In this document: in pieces, positions 47,798 to 60,982 of the stretch
Position numbering within the stretch: the first letter of the stretch is position 1
Layout of the letters: every line of letters begins with the position of its first letter
Source of the DNA: Macrostomum lignano
Lineage: Eukaryota
Assembly: GCA_002269645.1 (NCBI GenBank)
Contig: NIVC01000048.1
Location: 62,001-126,000 of the forward strand
Length of the DNA: 64,000 bases
Direction: 5' to 3'
The notes under the pieces: generated by a model
Told to the model about the DNA's origin: nothing
The model's input: the letters and a program-made list of their open reading frames with translations, nothing else
The model's database searches: none
Position numbers and translations under genes: made by a program

Positions 47798-48045
47798 GGG
47801 GGTTCGATTCCCAATCCCATTGGAACGATTGGTGTCCTTCAGTAAGAAGTCACTTAACTCTGCATTTCTTCAGCTCACCCAGCTGTAAAATGGATGCCAG
47901 CTTTAGCAGGGGTAATTGAGGGTGGGTGTGTGGCGACCCCCAGTCCTTGGACTGAACAGCCGTACGCAGCCTTCAGATGCGCCAAGCAGTAGCTGCGGCT
48001 GAGCAGTCGGTTGCACACCTGTCTAATATGGTAGGTTTAATCAAT
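47798..48045 (+). mobile_element. 5'-truncated copy of the same SINE
   Basis: Starts at the B box GGTTCGATT; body matches 47070-47320. Confidence 0.75.
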
Positions 48046-49088
48046 TATTATTCATTAAATTATAATTCATTAAAAAATATTTTAATAAAAACATTTACAT
48101 CAAACTACGAAATCAGCGACCTCCATTAGGGAGGCAACAAAGAAAATAAAAAATAAAAAAACGACATGTAGCTCTTAAGCTTGAGCTTTTACAGTCGCTA
48201 TTGTTAGTATCCTTTGAAAAAAGATGTTTAAAGCAAAATGCATCAGCCCTAAAAGACAGCTATCTAAGCATAAAGATATCAGCATCCCCTGTGAGATTTG
48301 ACTTCAAAGCTTCCCTTTAAGCCATGGCTTAACCCTATCTGTCCCTTTGAAATACTTGTACCTTTGGCTTGGCCTACCAAAAACTTCAAATTGACCCCTT
48401 GGCATCTTAACAAATCCCATGAGCCACAGCTTTTCTGTAATTCCCTGACAAGTAACTTTTGATGGGAACTGTTTATGCATCAGGGTATAACTGAGGTCAA
48501 ATCTATTTAAATAGCTTAAACAAATCTGCAACAAAAAGGTGACAGTTTTGTTTATTTCAGAGAAAGTTAGGTTGAAAATAGCAGTAAAATCTTGGCACTG
48601 CTGCATAAAGTTTCAATAGCTGAACTTTTCATTACTACTCAATTCACACTCGACAACAGTGACAAAGTAACCTGCTAAAGCTCTTAAACGCTCGTATTAA
48701 AGATTTTTGCTTTTTTACGTCGGTATAGCTCGTAAAATTAGACAAATATTCCAAACTTGATTTCATAACAAACAGACAAGAGATCCACAGACACACTACA
48801 TTCGAGCCCTTTTAAACGTGTCCTCGAGCAGTTATTGATTTTTATTTGCCATTATTATTGGATTGTTAAATACATAATTTTGTTGTTGCTTACGGAGTCA
48901 GAGGGTTGCACTGAGAAATTTAACAAAAATCTGTCTACTGTAAACAGAACTAGGGAATCTTTGCATTAATAGTTAATCATTTTTGGATACCTACCCACCG
49001 TTATTGACGTCACTTTGATACCGTTAAAAATATTATAATTTGTGAATCAATCTGGAACGGCTCCTGTTGTCTGGCGCTGCCTAGTTTC

Positions 49089-49252
49089 TCAGAATAAAGC
49101 AAAAGGCGACAGGCACTCGCACAGAACATTGGAAGAAGCACCGTACGAGTCGCCGATATCCGAGAGACCCATGAAATTGAGGTATCTTCCTCACCGACTT
49201 GCTGAACTTGTCGAACACAAACAGCTGGCATGGATCGTCAGCCACGCTGAAC
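49089..49252 (-). pseudogene. PAN/C-type lectin copy 2, internally deleted and 5'-truncated
   Basis: FSVADDPCQLFVFDKFSKSVR is joined directly to the YLNFMGLSDIGDSYGA...VLCECLSPFA tail. Confidence 0.85.
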
Positions 49253-49258
49253 GACATA

Positions 49259-49905
49259 AACAATGAGGCAGCCAAGACAATGGAATCCTAAAGCTTTAGT
49301 TAACTAAAGCTCAAAGATGAGGCAGCTGACAGGCAAAGGCGGCTTTGGCCGGAAAATATTAGATGAGCCGGGCACGGACGCCGCTTCTGTGGAGGAGCCA
49401 GCGGGCGCGCCTAAGACCGATGGCCAACTCCGAGGAGGTTAGCAACCGAGGGATAAACGCGCGGACCGGGCCGCACAAGAGGACAGTGAAGAATTCAGGA
49501 CTGACTTCCCCCAAATACTCTAACTCAACCAGAGTAAACTGATGAGTCTAACCGCATCACCCTCACCCCCGTAGCAACTCAACGTGTTGAATGCTAATCT
49601 TATTGCAAGCGCTGTTTGTGTCAAACTTGACGTCGTGACGTGACATCCCACCCCATCGACGGCAGGGGATGAACTTGTGGGTACGAGTATTTTTTTAAAT
49701 AGACGAAAGTTCAGCCCCGAGAGGCACTTCTTTCTTCCTCGCTTTTAAAGAACTTAATTCAAAAACTGAAGTCCTATCGTTTATTTGAGTTAACGACAAA
49801 GTTGAGACAAGGAAGAATTTAACCAACCGCGATCTCGGTTGTAAGGTCTCAAGAACACAGCAGAATCCGTTCGAATTAGAAGATGGCATAGCATTAGAAA
49901 AGGAT
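49259..49905. repeat. Interspersed repeat of unknown class, copy 1 (copy 2 at ~58497-59150)
   Basis: Shared blocks AATGAGGCAGCCAAGACAATGGAATCC, CCAAATACTCTAACTCAACCAGAGTAAA and CTTCTTTCTTCCTCGCTTTTAA. Confidence 0.7.
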
Positions 49906-50725
49906 TGTAAAGGACATTAGATCGTATGTAATATGTTCTGCGAATTCTTTTTCGCAATTTTTTTCAGGCCTTTAAACGGATGAACTTTTGACAAGTAACT
50001 TGGTGGAAACTGCATGTTCATGCATCAGAGTACAAGTATACTAAGGTCAAAAATATTGTGATGGCTCAAACTGAATTTTATTTAAAAAAACTAACAGTTT
50101 TGATTTTCAGGTTCGGTTGCAAATCGAAGTAAAAGCTTGGCTAATGAACTGCAACATAAAGTTTAAATAGCTGAGTTTTTATTGTGACTTCGTGCTCGAC
50201 GATGGTGAATAAGTAAACTGTATTGAACGCTCGTATCAAAGATTTGTGCTTTCACAAAGTCGCACATATGTAGGTAATATCTATCAGGTCGTAATAAAAT
50301 TGGGTAATAATTCCAAACTAGATTTGATAAAATCAATGGACAATAGATCCACTGACACTACTCTAAAATGAAGCCTGAATCCTAAGTGACAATAAACTTT
50401 TGATGGAAACCGTTTATGCATCAGAGTATTGGAGTAAGTGATGTCAAATATATTTGAAAGCTCAAACAGATTTTGGAAAAAAAAACAGCTTGTTGTTGTT
50501 GTTGTTGTTGTTAAATACATTGTTTTTCGGTGTCAAAATGTTGCATTGAGAAATTTAACAAAATTCTGTGTACTGTAAACAGAGAGGGGATGTTTTCATT
50601 ATTAGTTGATCAGTTTTAGACACTTACACACGGTTATTGACGGTCACTTTAATAGCTTCAGAAATATAGTTTTGTGGTTAAATCTCTCCATCATGTTCAT
50701 CTTGTCTATCGGTACCTGCAGTTTC

Positions 50726-51469
50726 TCAAGCAAAAGGCGACAGGCACTCGCACAGAACATTGGAAACAGCACCGTACGTGTCGCCGATATCCGTGAGACC
50801 CATGAAATTGAGGTATTTTGCAATTGCATTTTCTCCGCCACCGTAGTTGTTGGGCTCGCCAGCGGCCCAGAAGCCGCCGACGCTGTTGTTGCAGCCGATC
50901 CAGTACCAGCCGCAAGTCGGCTCCGCACTGCCTGCTGACTGGAGGCCTCCGAGCCAGATCGATTGACCAGAGCTGTAGTTCGAGTAAATAGAGTTCATGT
51001 GGCTCATCTCCTGGGCGCTGGTCACGTCGGCCATGATGACCAGACCGCTCTCTGACTCGCACTTCTGCCTGCTTGGCCACCACGTCCCGATGCCAGAGTA
51101 CAGCTTGTACTTCACTCCGCACAGGTCCATGCCGTAGCCAGACGGACACAGCGCGCCCGCCTCGAGTCCCGGCCGCTGCTTGACGAACACCCGGCCTCTC
51201 CTGGAGCAGCCGCAGCTCCTCACCGACTTGCTGCACTTGTCGAACACGAACAGCTGGCACGGACCGTCAGCCAGGCTGAACGCCTGACAGCGCTGGTTTT
51301 GGGCGCACAGAGCGGCGCATCCGACTTTGTTCAGTGCGCTTGAGTAGGTCTCAACAAACTCGCCGTTGATGCAGAGGCTGCCGTCAATGAGGGTGTACAA
51401 CTGTTGGCTGGCAGTGGTGAGGCTGAGGACAAGACTCATCCAGGCCAAAATATTCGATACGCTGGTCAT
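50726..51469 (-). CDS. Secreted PAN/apple + C-type lectin, copy 3 (EPN)
   Basis: Likely start MTSVSNILAW at 51469; paralog of copy 1; FWAAGEPNNYGG. Confidence 0.88.
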   Translation of the reverse strand: MTSVSNILAWMSLVLSLTTASQQLYTLIDGSLCINGEFVETYSSALNKVGCAALCAQNQRCQAFSLADGPCQLFVFDKCSKSVRSCGCSRRGRVFVKQRPGLEAGALCPSGYGMDLCGVKYKLYSGIGTWWPSRQKCESESGLVIMADVTSAQEMSHMNSIYSNYSSGQSIWLGGLQSAGSAEPTCGWYWIGCNNSVGGFWAAGEPNNYGGGENAIAKYLNFMGLTDIGDTYGAVSNVLCECLSPFA

Positions 51470-52799
51470 TTTTGCTTGTAGGCTGCTGGGTTTTTGTCTA
51501 AGTAATAAAAGAGAGACGATGAAGATCGCTTCTAACATAAAATTTCCTATAACAAGCCGATTATATTTGCTTTTTTCTGACCAATCGGGTGCTTGCTTTT
51601 CGGTAAATTTTTCATTGGCGGAAATGAAAATGGGGTGAATGATAAACCATGTTGACTGTGTCTTGGCCCTAGCAAACCACGGGCAGCTAGTGCTGCGCAG
51701 GAAGATCCGGTGGTGCCGGTGTCCCAATTGGGTGCCCCTTCGTAGAGTCCGGGACGTGGATGGTCGCTCGCCCGGTAGCCCTTGGGTAGCGGACGAGCTG
51801 GCAGAGCTGAAAATGTCGGGGAGGTCAGGCTTACTTTGGTCCGAGGTAGGTGAGCCTGAGCCTCTAAAGGCTGGGCAGTCACAGACGAAGTGCCTCTCGA
51901 CACTGGAGAAGCAAAATGGGCATTCCTCACAGCAGATTTGCCTCGAGTAGTAGCGTTACTTAGCGAATCATCCGTAACCTGAGAAGGCCATTTGCTACCG
52001 CCTTGATGTCCCTGCGGTTGAGTCCAAGCAGGGCCCTTTGGGGGGCAGAAAAAGGACAGGAGATGACGCACAGAGGCACTGCTATTTCAATGTAATCAGA
52101 AGAGGGCAATGCCCCCTATCACAATCTTACTGGTTCGTCATCCAAAGGGGTCAATAAGCTGGCATTCATTTTTAGTACGAAGAAGAAACGTCCCAATTAT
52201 CCACAGGGAGAGGAACTTTTTTATTACCCTAAAGCAAAATTCAGAGTTAAAATTTTAAGTTGAAAAAATTTTCCCCCAAGAGTCATGCAGGGGTCACGAA
52301 GACTGGAGGCTCAGCTGTCGAACTGACAGAACAATACTGTATAAGGCAATTCGTTACAATTGTTAAACTTTTGGCCGCATTTTGAGCATGCTTTGACAGT
52401 CAGGCCTTGAAGCCTTTCTATTCATGGTTTCATCATTCTAAAGACTTACAAGAGCATTTACAGCATCAATCATCAGGTCAACAGCAGCTAGCGCTAGAAC
52501 CCGACCCATCACTGCAATCACTGTCTAGAATTCAAACACCTGACATTCCTGACAGGTTGAACTTATTTAGACGAATAAGTTGAGAAGGTAATAGTTGATA
52601 GATATGATAGAGTAATACACGTTAAAAGTACCAAAATTCTGTCGTCGCCTCTTTAGGCCAAGCATGCGGTGACTTCCCCTGCCAACACCCAGAAGTTTTA
52701 TCTGACGCTCCTGACCGGACGAATTCAGAGAAAAAATGCTATCGTTGAACTGTATCATTTGGGGTTCGCAAGAGTTTTAATTGGAGAGGCTGTCTTGGT

Positions 52800-52930
52800 T
52801 GGTGTCCCTGTCTCTTTGTTGGTTGGTTGTCGCCCCTGTGTCAACTGCATGGTGGGCGCCCCTGTCTCTTGGTGGGCGCACCTGTCTCTTGGTGGGCGCA
52901 CCTGTCTCTTGGTGGGCGCCCCTGTCTCAA
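52800..52930 (+). repeat. 20-bp minisatellite (CCTGTCTCTTGGTGGGCGCA)
   Basis: Visible tandem units. Confidence 0.8.
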
Positions 52931-52989
52931 TTTGTGGGCGCAGTTATTCCAATTCCCTTCGTAAGCCTTGACATCTCAGCAATTCAATT

Positions 52990-55900
52990 CCTCCAAGCAA
53001 ACATTCCCCAGATAGCAAGCATTCCCCAGATAGCAAGCTTTCCTCAGATAGCAAGCATTCCCCAGATAGCAAGCTTTCCTCAGATAGCAAGCATTCCCCA
53101 GATAGCAAGCTTTTTTCAGATAGCAAGCATTCCCCAGATAGCAAGCATTCCCCAGATAGCAAGCATTCCCCGGATAGTAAGCATTCCCCAGATAGCAAGT
53201 ATTCCCCACATAGCAAGCATTCCCCAGATAGCAAGCATTCCCAGATAGCAAGCATTCCCCACATAGCAAGCATTCCCCAGATAGCAAGCATTCCCCAGAT
53301 AGCAAGCATTCCCCAGATAGCAAGCTTTCCTCAGATAGCAAGCATTCCCCAGATAGCAAGCTTTTTTCAGATAGCAAGCATTCCCCAGATAGCAAGCATT
53401 CCCCAGATAGCAAGCATTCCCCGGATAGTAAGCATTCCCCAGATAGCAAGTATTCCCCACATAGCAAGCATTCCCCAGATAGCAAGCATTCCCCAGATAG
53501 CAAGCATTCCCCAGATAGCAAGCTTTCCTCAGATAGCAAGCATTCCCCAGATAGCAAGCTTTTTTCAGATAGCAAGCATTCCCCAGATAGCAAGCATTCC
53601 CCAGATAGCAAGCATTCCCCGGATAGTAAGCATTCCCCAGATAGCAAGTATTCCCCACATAGCAAGCATTCCCCAGATAGCAAGCATTCCCAGATAGCAA
53701 GCATTCCCCACATAGCAAGCATTCCCCAGATAGCAAGCATTCCCAGATAGCAAGCATTCCCCACATAGCAAGCATTCCCCAGATAGCAAGCATTCCCCAG
53801 ATAGCAAACTTTTTTCAGATAGCAAGCATTCCCCAGATAGCAAGTATTCCACACATAGCAAGCATTCCCCAGATAGCAAGTATTCCCCAGATAGCAAGCA
53901 TTCCCCACATAGCAAGCATTCCCCACATAGCAAGCATTCCCCACATAGCAAGCATTCCCCAGATAGCAAGCATTCCCCACATAGCAAGCATTCCCCAGAT
54001 AGCAAGCATTCCCCAGATAGCACGCTTTTTTCAGATAGCAAGCATTCCCCAGATAGCAAGCATTCCCCAGATAGCAAGCATTCCCCAGATAGCAAGCATT
54101 CCCCAGATAGCAGGCATTCCCCAGATAGCAAGCATTCCCCAGATAGCAAGCATTCCCCAGATAGTAAGCATTCCCCAGATAGCAAGCATTCCCCAGATAG
54201 CAAGCATTCCCCGGATAGTAAGCATTCCCCAGATAGCAAGTATTCCCCACATAGCAAGCATTCCCCACATAGCAAGCATTCCCCAGATAGCAAGCATTCC
54301 CCAGATAGCAAGCATTCCCCAGATAGCAAGCATTCCCCACATAGCAAGCATTCCCCAGATAGCAAGCATTCCCCAGATAGCAAGCATTCCCCAGATAGCA
54401 AGCATTCCCCAGATAGCAGGCATTCCCCAGATAGCAAGCATTCCCCAGATAGCAAGCATTCCCCAGATAGCAAGCATTCCCCAGATAGCAAGCATTCCCC
54501 AGATAGTAAGCATTCCCCAGATAGCAAGCATTCCCCACATAGCAAGCATTCCCCAGATAGCAAGCATTCCCCAGATAGCAAGCTTTCCTCAGATAGCAAA
54601 CATTCCCCAGATAGCAAGCATTCCCCAGATAGCAAGCATTCCCCAGATAGCAAACATTCCCCAGATAGCAAGCATTCCCCAGATAGCAAGCATTCCCCAG
54701 ATAGCAAGCATTCCCCAGATAGCAAGCATTCCCCAGATAGCAAGCATTCCCCAGATAGCAAGCATTCCCCAGATAGCAGGCATTCCCCAGATAGCAAGCA
54801 TTCCCCAGATAGCAAGCATTCCCCAGATAGCAAGCATTCCCCAGATAGCAAGCATTCCCCAGATAGTAAGCATTCCCCAGACAGCAAGCATTCCCCAGAC
54901 AGCAAGCATTCCCCACATAGCAAACATTCCCCAGATAGCACGCTTTTTTCAGATAGCAAGCATTCCCCAGATAGCAAGCATTCCCCAGATAGCAAGCATT
55001 CCCCAGATAGCAAGCATTCCCCAGATAGCAGGCATTCCCCAGATAGCAAGCATTCCCCAGATAGCAAGCATTCCCCAGATAGCAAGCATTCCCCAGATAG
55101 CAAGCATTCCCCAGATAGCAAGCATTCCCCAGATAGCAAGCATTCCCCAGATAGCAAGCATTCCCCAGATAGCAAGCATTCCCCACATAGCAAACATTCC
55201 CCAGATAGCAAGCATTCCCCAGATAGCAAGCTTTCCTCAGATAGCAAACATTCCCCAGATAGCAAGCATTCCCCAGATAGCAAGCATTCCCCAGATAGCA
55301 AGCATTCCCCAGATAGCAAGCATTCCCCAGATAGTAAGCATTCCCCAGATAGAAAGTATTCCCCAGATAGCAAGTTTTTTTCAGATAGCAAGCATTCCCC
55401 AGATAGCAAGCATTCCCCAGATAGCAAGCATTCCCCAGATAGCAAGTATTCCCCACATAGCAAGCATTCCCCACATAGCAAGCATTCCCCACATAGCAAG
55501 CATTCCCCACATAGCAAGCATTCCCCAGATAGCAAGTATTCCCCACATAGCAAGCATTCCCCACATAGCAAGCATTCCCCAGATAGCAAGCATTCCCCAG
55601 ATAGCAAGCATTCCCCACATAGCAAGCATTCCCCAGATAGCAAGTATTCCCCACATAGCAAGCATTCCCCAGATAGCAAGCATTCCTCAGATAGCAAGCA
55701 TTCCCCAGATAGCAAGCATTCCCCAGATAGCAAGCATTCCCCACATAGCAAGCATTCCCCAGATAGCAAGCATTCCCCAGATAGCAAGCATTCCCCAGAT
55801 AGCAAGCATTCCCCACATAGCAAGCATTCCCCAGATTGCAAGCATCCCCCAGATAGCAAGCATTCCCCAGATAGCAAGCATTCCCCACATAGCAAGCATT

Positions 55901-56020
55901 CCCCAGATAGCAAGTATTCCCCACATAGCAAGCATTCCCCAGATAGCAAGTATTCCCCACATAGCAAGCATTCCCTAGATTGCAAGCATTCCCCAGATAG
56001 CAAGCCTCCCCCTCCCCCAA
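52990..56020 (-). repeat. ~3-kb 18-bp minisatellite (CATTCCCCAGATAGCAAG)
   Basis: Homogeneous tandem array with higher-order variant blocks; same unit as the 18-bp arrays in Helitron unit 5. Confidence 0.97.
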
Positions 56021-56442
56021 TAGCAATCTAGTACAACAATTTCCCCAGCTAGCGCAATACTCTTTTACTCATCAGGAGCAAAAATCCCTTTATATCATGT
56101 AGTGCAACAGTCTTTTTCTCTGCTAGAGATAAATAGCTTGTAATTTAAATTCTTCATAAAATGACGCTTATTCGTTACTGTTTTAGCTCGTATTATTAGT
56201 AAAAACAAACTATAACGATTCGATCTTCTGATCCTGCTTTTCTCGGCAAGTCGGCAGAAAAGTCTTTTTTCGGCAATCTATAAGCTTACTTAGCAATCAG
56301 ACTATTCCCTATTAGCAATTAATTTCATATTTGTGTACTCAGTATAATGAATTTTGTTATTTTTTATGCACTACTCAAAATAGTACGGAGTAGCGCATGA
56401 GAAAATACAAAAATCGAAGTCCACTGTCAAGAAGACCAGTGG

Positions 56443-56755
56443 CAAGCCTGCAAGCTTATTGTCTGGGATGAGTGTACCATGTCCCACAAACTGGCTTTCG
56501 AAGCACTTAACCTGACGCTAAAGGATCTGCGCAGCAACAACCAGCTCATGGATGGTGTCACCCTGCTGCTCTCTGGAGACTTTAGACAGACGTTGCTTGT
56601 AATTCCGCGGCACCCCAGCCCAAGATGAGATCAATGATTGCCTCAAATCTTCGCATCTGTGGCCATCAGTTGAAAAGCTGCACTTGCGAACCAACGTCAA
56701 GGCTGCAGTTTATGGCGATGAAACGGCTCATCAATTTTCTATTAATCTCTTGGAG
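56443..56755 (+). pseudogene. Helitron Pif1-type helicase fragment (motifs II-IV)
   Basis: QACKLIVWDECTMSHKLAFEALNLTLKDLR...LLLSGDFRQTLLVIPR / DEINDCLKSSHLWPSVEKLHLRTN; one frameshift. Confidence 0.9.
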
Positions 56756-58496
56756 GTCTGTCCTGTTGTGAATTTGTAACTCAATGTACTTGCCCATACG
56801 GTAGCTCTCTCTCTCCCTCTGCCAACCCTCCCCGCCCTTCCATGCTAACAACTTATTGTGAGCTATTTTCATAAAAACTTACTTAATTTTGGGTACCACT
56901 GCACTAGACCTAATCAATTGATGAATTATTATTGTAGTTGTTTAGCCTTTGTCTGCGATTTTCTCACCCCTGATTATTATTATCCCTCCCCCTCCGTGCC
57001 CTCTCATTGGCTGTCACCGTTATCTGCAATTCTTGTTTTCAACCCCCAGTCGCGTTCTGTGTGGCTGCAGCCAATCCCCGCTCGCTCTCTCTGCATACCC
57101 CGCCTTTTCTCTTACCCTGCAGCTTTTGCCCCACCCCATGTTGTACTGACATATTTATTGGTGTGCGCTCCTGTCCCCTCCCCCTCGCTGACCTTTTGAT
57201 CGTTTCTCCTCTGGCTCCTTCGCCGCTCCGACCATAACCAATAAAAACAATATACAATCGTGCTAGCAATCGTATCCAAACATAGACGCTTTGAGCACCG
57301 AGTGAGCAACCTACGCCCCAGTAAGTATCGTTTTGCTTTTGTTATTTGGGCTCTAGCGCCATTGGGTCATCGTCACCAGGGCCTGTGCGTTCGCTGCGAC
57401 CCTGGTTGCCGGCCTTCTGCCCGCGCGTTTGTGCGACAGTGGGTTGGCAAGCAGCAGGACTGGGGCTGAGTTTCCCTGCTCGTACAGAGCGCGAGACGAA
57501 GCTGGCTGGTCCGTCTCGGGACACAACAGTCCCGAGGATGGGCTGTCACCAATTGCTGCATTCGGTACAATCGTATCTTCTGTGCAGGAGCTCTCAGAGT
57601 ACAGAGTAGCGCATGGGAAAACACAAAAAATCGCAAGTCCACAGCCAGACCGGAAACAGGTGGCCGGAATCAACTTGGGGTCATCCCGTTTCTCTCACAT
57701 GGCCAACTTTATGTTGCATGCTCACGCGTTGAAATCTACAGCTAGCCTCTTCCTCTTTGCTCCTTGGGGGGGGGGGGAATTTGGTGTATCTTCAAGCACT
57801 GCGATAAGCATCTGTGAAAGTCATTACAACTGGACTATATTCACAAACTGCATGGACTATAATATAGAAAATTTTCTAAGTCCAAGTTTTTTACGAGCTA
57901 CATTTATCAGAAATACAAAGTTCCCTACTTTAATACGAGTAAATTTCTTGGTTACTAAGTTTTCAAACGTTCTTGACACAAGGGACCAACCCCAGAACAC
58001 GAAACTCAAAGACATTGGTTGAACTATTTGTTGCGAACCTTCTGAAGCAAGCATCAAGTAACCTTCCCTGCAGACCGGAATAGAAATTTGGCTTTGATTT
58101 GCTAAGAAATTGGCAACTTCAATACTAAATATCATTTTATCACTCCTCACACATGTTCCCTATCCAATTTTGCATTGTCTAGCATATTTACTCTGCTTAG
58201 CTTCTCTATAGTACTTAGACACTATTGTTAATTTTTCCGATTTCTCGATGTTGGGAGTCTCATATTCTATTCTACGAGCTATTCTAGAAGTATACTTTTT
58301 AAAGCGAGTTTTCTCCAAGTTTTGTTTAAGTCTATTAACAAGTTCTTGTTTGAGTATGATTTTAGATTCGAGAATGTATGCAAAAATAGTTCCGGGGATC
58401 GGAATTCTGCGGGTTTCAACGGCTTATAGACTTATAATGAAGAAAAGCCAAGGGAGGCAAGAGAGGCAAGGCTGGAGAAAACTTAAGCATGCACAA

Positions 58497-59150
58497 ATAA
58501 TGAGGCAGCCAAGACAATGGAATCCAGCAAACATGTAGGGACCTCCAGTGGAATGCAGCAACGTAGGAAAAATTTACAGTAGCCATTAACCATTTCAAAG
58601 TTAATTGAAGCTCACCGGCGAGGCGGCTGACAGGGGAAGGTGGCTGCAGCCGGAGAATATTTGATGAGCCCAGCACAGGGGCCACTCTTGTGGAGGAGAC
58701 CGACGGCCAACCCCGAGGAACGTAGCAACCGAGGGATGGACGCGCGGACAAGAGGGCAGTGAAAGACTTCCCCCAAATACTCTAACTCAACCAGAGTAAA
58801 TTGATGAGTCTAACCGCCTCACCCTCGCCCCCTCCCCGTAGCAACTCGCGTGTTAAATGCTAATCCTATTGCAAGCGCTGTTTGTGAAAAACTTGCCGTC
58901 GCTAACCACGCGACATCCAACTCAACGGCAGGGGATGGGGGTATTTTTGAGAATAGACGGGAGCTCAGCCCTAGGGGCACTTCTTTCTTCCTCGCTTTTA
59001 AGGAGCTTAATTCAAAAACTGAAGTCCCATGCTCTATTTGAGTTAACGACAAAGATGAGACAAGGAATTAAGAATATAAAAAACCGCCATCTCGGTTGTA
59101 AGCTCTCAAGAACACAGCAGAATCCACTAGAACTAGAAGATGGCATAACA
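58497..59150. repeat. Interspersed repeat of unknown class, copy 2
   Basis: Homologous to 49259-49905. Confidence 0.7.
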
Positions 59151-60235
59151 TTAGAAAATAGAGTCTTGCATGAGCGATTCCCCCTATGAGTCCATTTCAG
59201 TAATTACCCATGAGCCTTGAATCTCAACAATTACCCATAATAAGCCTCATAAATTCCCGCCCGAGCCTTGACAGCAAAACAATTTACCCTGTGAGTCTCA
59301 TGACATCTTAGCAATTTACAATGAGTCATTTATGTTGGACAGGGTGAAGTCAAGTCTCAGTTGCAATGCAGTCTTGTTCGAATGTAATTTGTTGTTCGAA
59401 TTGTTAATTTTTCGATAATTAAAATTAAATGCACTCATACATTCATTTGAGCAATCTTTGACCCGCGAAGCCACTTGGTGGGGTAATGCGAACCGGCCTT
59501 ACACGGATCGCTTCTCAGAAATGATCCATCATCGAGTACACAGTGTTGCTTGGCGTTGTATAAAAACTCCAAACTACGAAAGAATGATTACAAGTAGCTT
59601 TTGATGCAAACTGTTTGTGCATCAGACTATTACTGAGCTGAGGTCAACTATATTTAAGAAGATCAAACAGATTTTAAATTAAAACTGACTGCAGTTTCGT
59701 TTATGGCAGAGATTTGTTTAAAAATTGAAGTAGAAGCTTGTCTCATGAACAAGCTGCAGCATCAAGTTAATAGCTGGATTTTTAATTGTGGCTTCACGCT
59801 CGACAAGTGCCGAAGAAAACTGTATTGAATGCACGGTACTAGGGATTTGTGCTTTTAAAAAAGTAAATGTATGTATGAGCAAGGTAGTAGTATCTAGTGC
59901 GTCGTAATAAAATTCGTTAATAACTATAAAAAATTGATTTGATAAAACCAACAGACAGAGATCCACAGACACTACAATGGTGCCCTTTTAAACATCTGCC
60001 TTCCGGCAGCTATTGATTATTATTCGGCCCTTATATTAGAGTATTTTGAATACATTGCGTAAGGTTTGTTAATAATTTAACAAAAATCTGTGCACTGTAA
60101 GCAGACGGGATGTTTGAATTATGACATGCGGTTATATAAAAAATTTGGACGCTTACACACAGTTGTGACGAGCACTTTTGATTAAATCTGTCCATCCGGT
60201 TCCTCTTACTTGGCGGTGCCTGCAGTGTCTCAGAA

Positions 60236-60982
60236 TCAGTTAAAAGGCGACAGGCACTCGCACAGAACATTCGGAACAGCACCGTATGTGTCGCTACTAT
60301 CCGTGAGACCCATTTTATTGACTTGTCTCGCGATTACATTTTCTCCGCCACCGTTGTTATTCGGCTGGTCAGTGGCCCAAAAAGCGGGATCAACGTTGAT
60401 GTTGCAGCCGACCCAGTACCAGCCGCCCAGAGGCTCCGCACTACCTTCTGGCTGAAGTCCTCCGAGCCAGAAGTTCGAATTACTACCATTGGTGAAGATC
60501 CAGTCCACGTGGCTCATCTCTTGCTCGCTGGTCACGTCGGCCATGATGACCAGACCGCTCTCTGACTCGCACTTCTGCCTGCTCGGCAACCACGTCCCGA
60601 TGCCAGAGTACAGCCTGTACTTCACTCCGCACAGGTCCATGCCGTAGCCAGACGGACACAGCGCGCCCGCCTCGAGTCCCGGCCGCTTCTTGACGAACAC
60701 CCGGCCTCTCCTGGAGCAGCCGCAGCTCCTCACCGACTTGCTGCACTTGTCGAACACGAACAGCTGGCACGGACCGTCAGCCAGGCTGAACGCCTGACAG
60801 CGCAGCTTCTCGGAGCACAGAGAGGCGCAGCCAACATTGCTGACTTCGTTTGGGTAGGACTGAACAAACTCATCGTTGATGCAGAGGCTGCCGTCAATGA
60901 GGGTGTACACCTGCTGACTGGCGGTGGTGAGGCTAATTAGGACAAGAGTCATCAAAGCCACAATGTTCGATACGCTGACCAT
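60236..60982 (-). CDS. Secreted PAN/apple + C-type lectin, copy 4 (QPN)
   Basis: Likely start MVSVSNIVAL at 60982; FWATDQPNNNGG. Confidence 0.88.
   Translation of the reverse strand: MVSVSNIVALMTLVLISLTTASQQVYTLIDGSLCINDEFVQSYPNEVSNVGCASLCSEKLRCQAFSLADGPCQLFVFDKCSKSVRSCGCSRRGRVFVKKRPGLEAGALCPSGYGMDLCGVKYRLYSGIGTWLPSRQKCESESGLVIMADVTSEQEMSHVDWIFTNGSNSNFWLGGLQPEGSAEPLGGWYWVGCNINVDPAFWATDQPNNNGGGENVIARQVNKMGLTDSSDTYGAVPNVLCECLSPFN

Noticed and set aside
52976-56026. 1016-aa YLGNAC-repeat ORF and overlapping 812-aa and shorter ORFs (beta-helix or antifreeze-like)
   Set aside because: An 18-bp unit without stops is open in several frames by construction. There are no unique domains, and the same unit occurs inside Helitrons.
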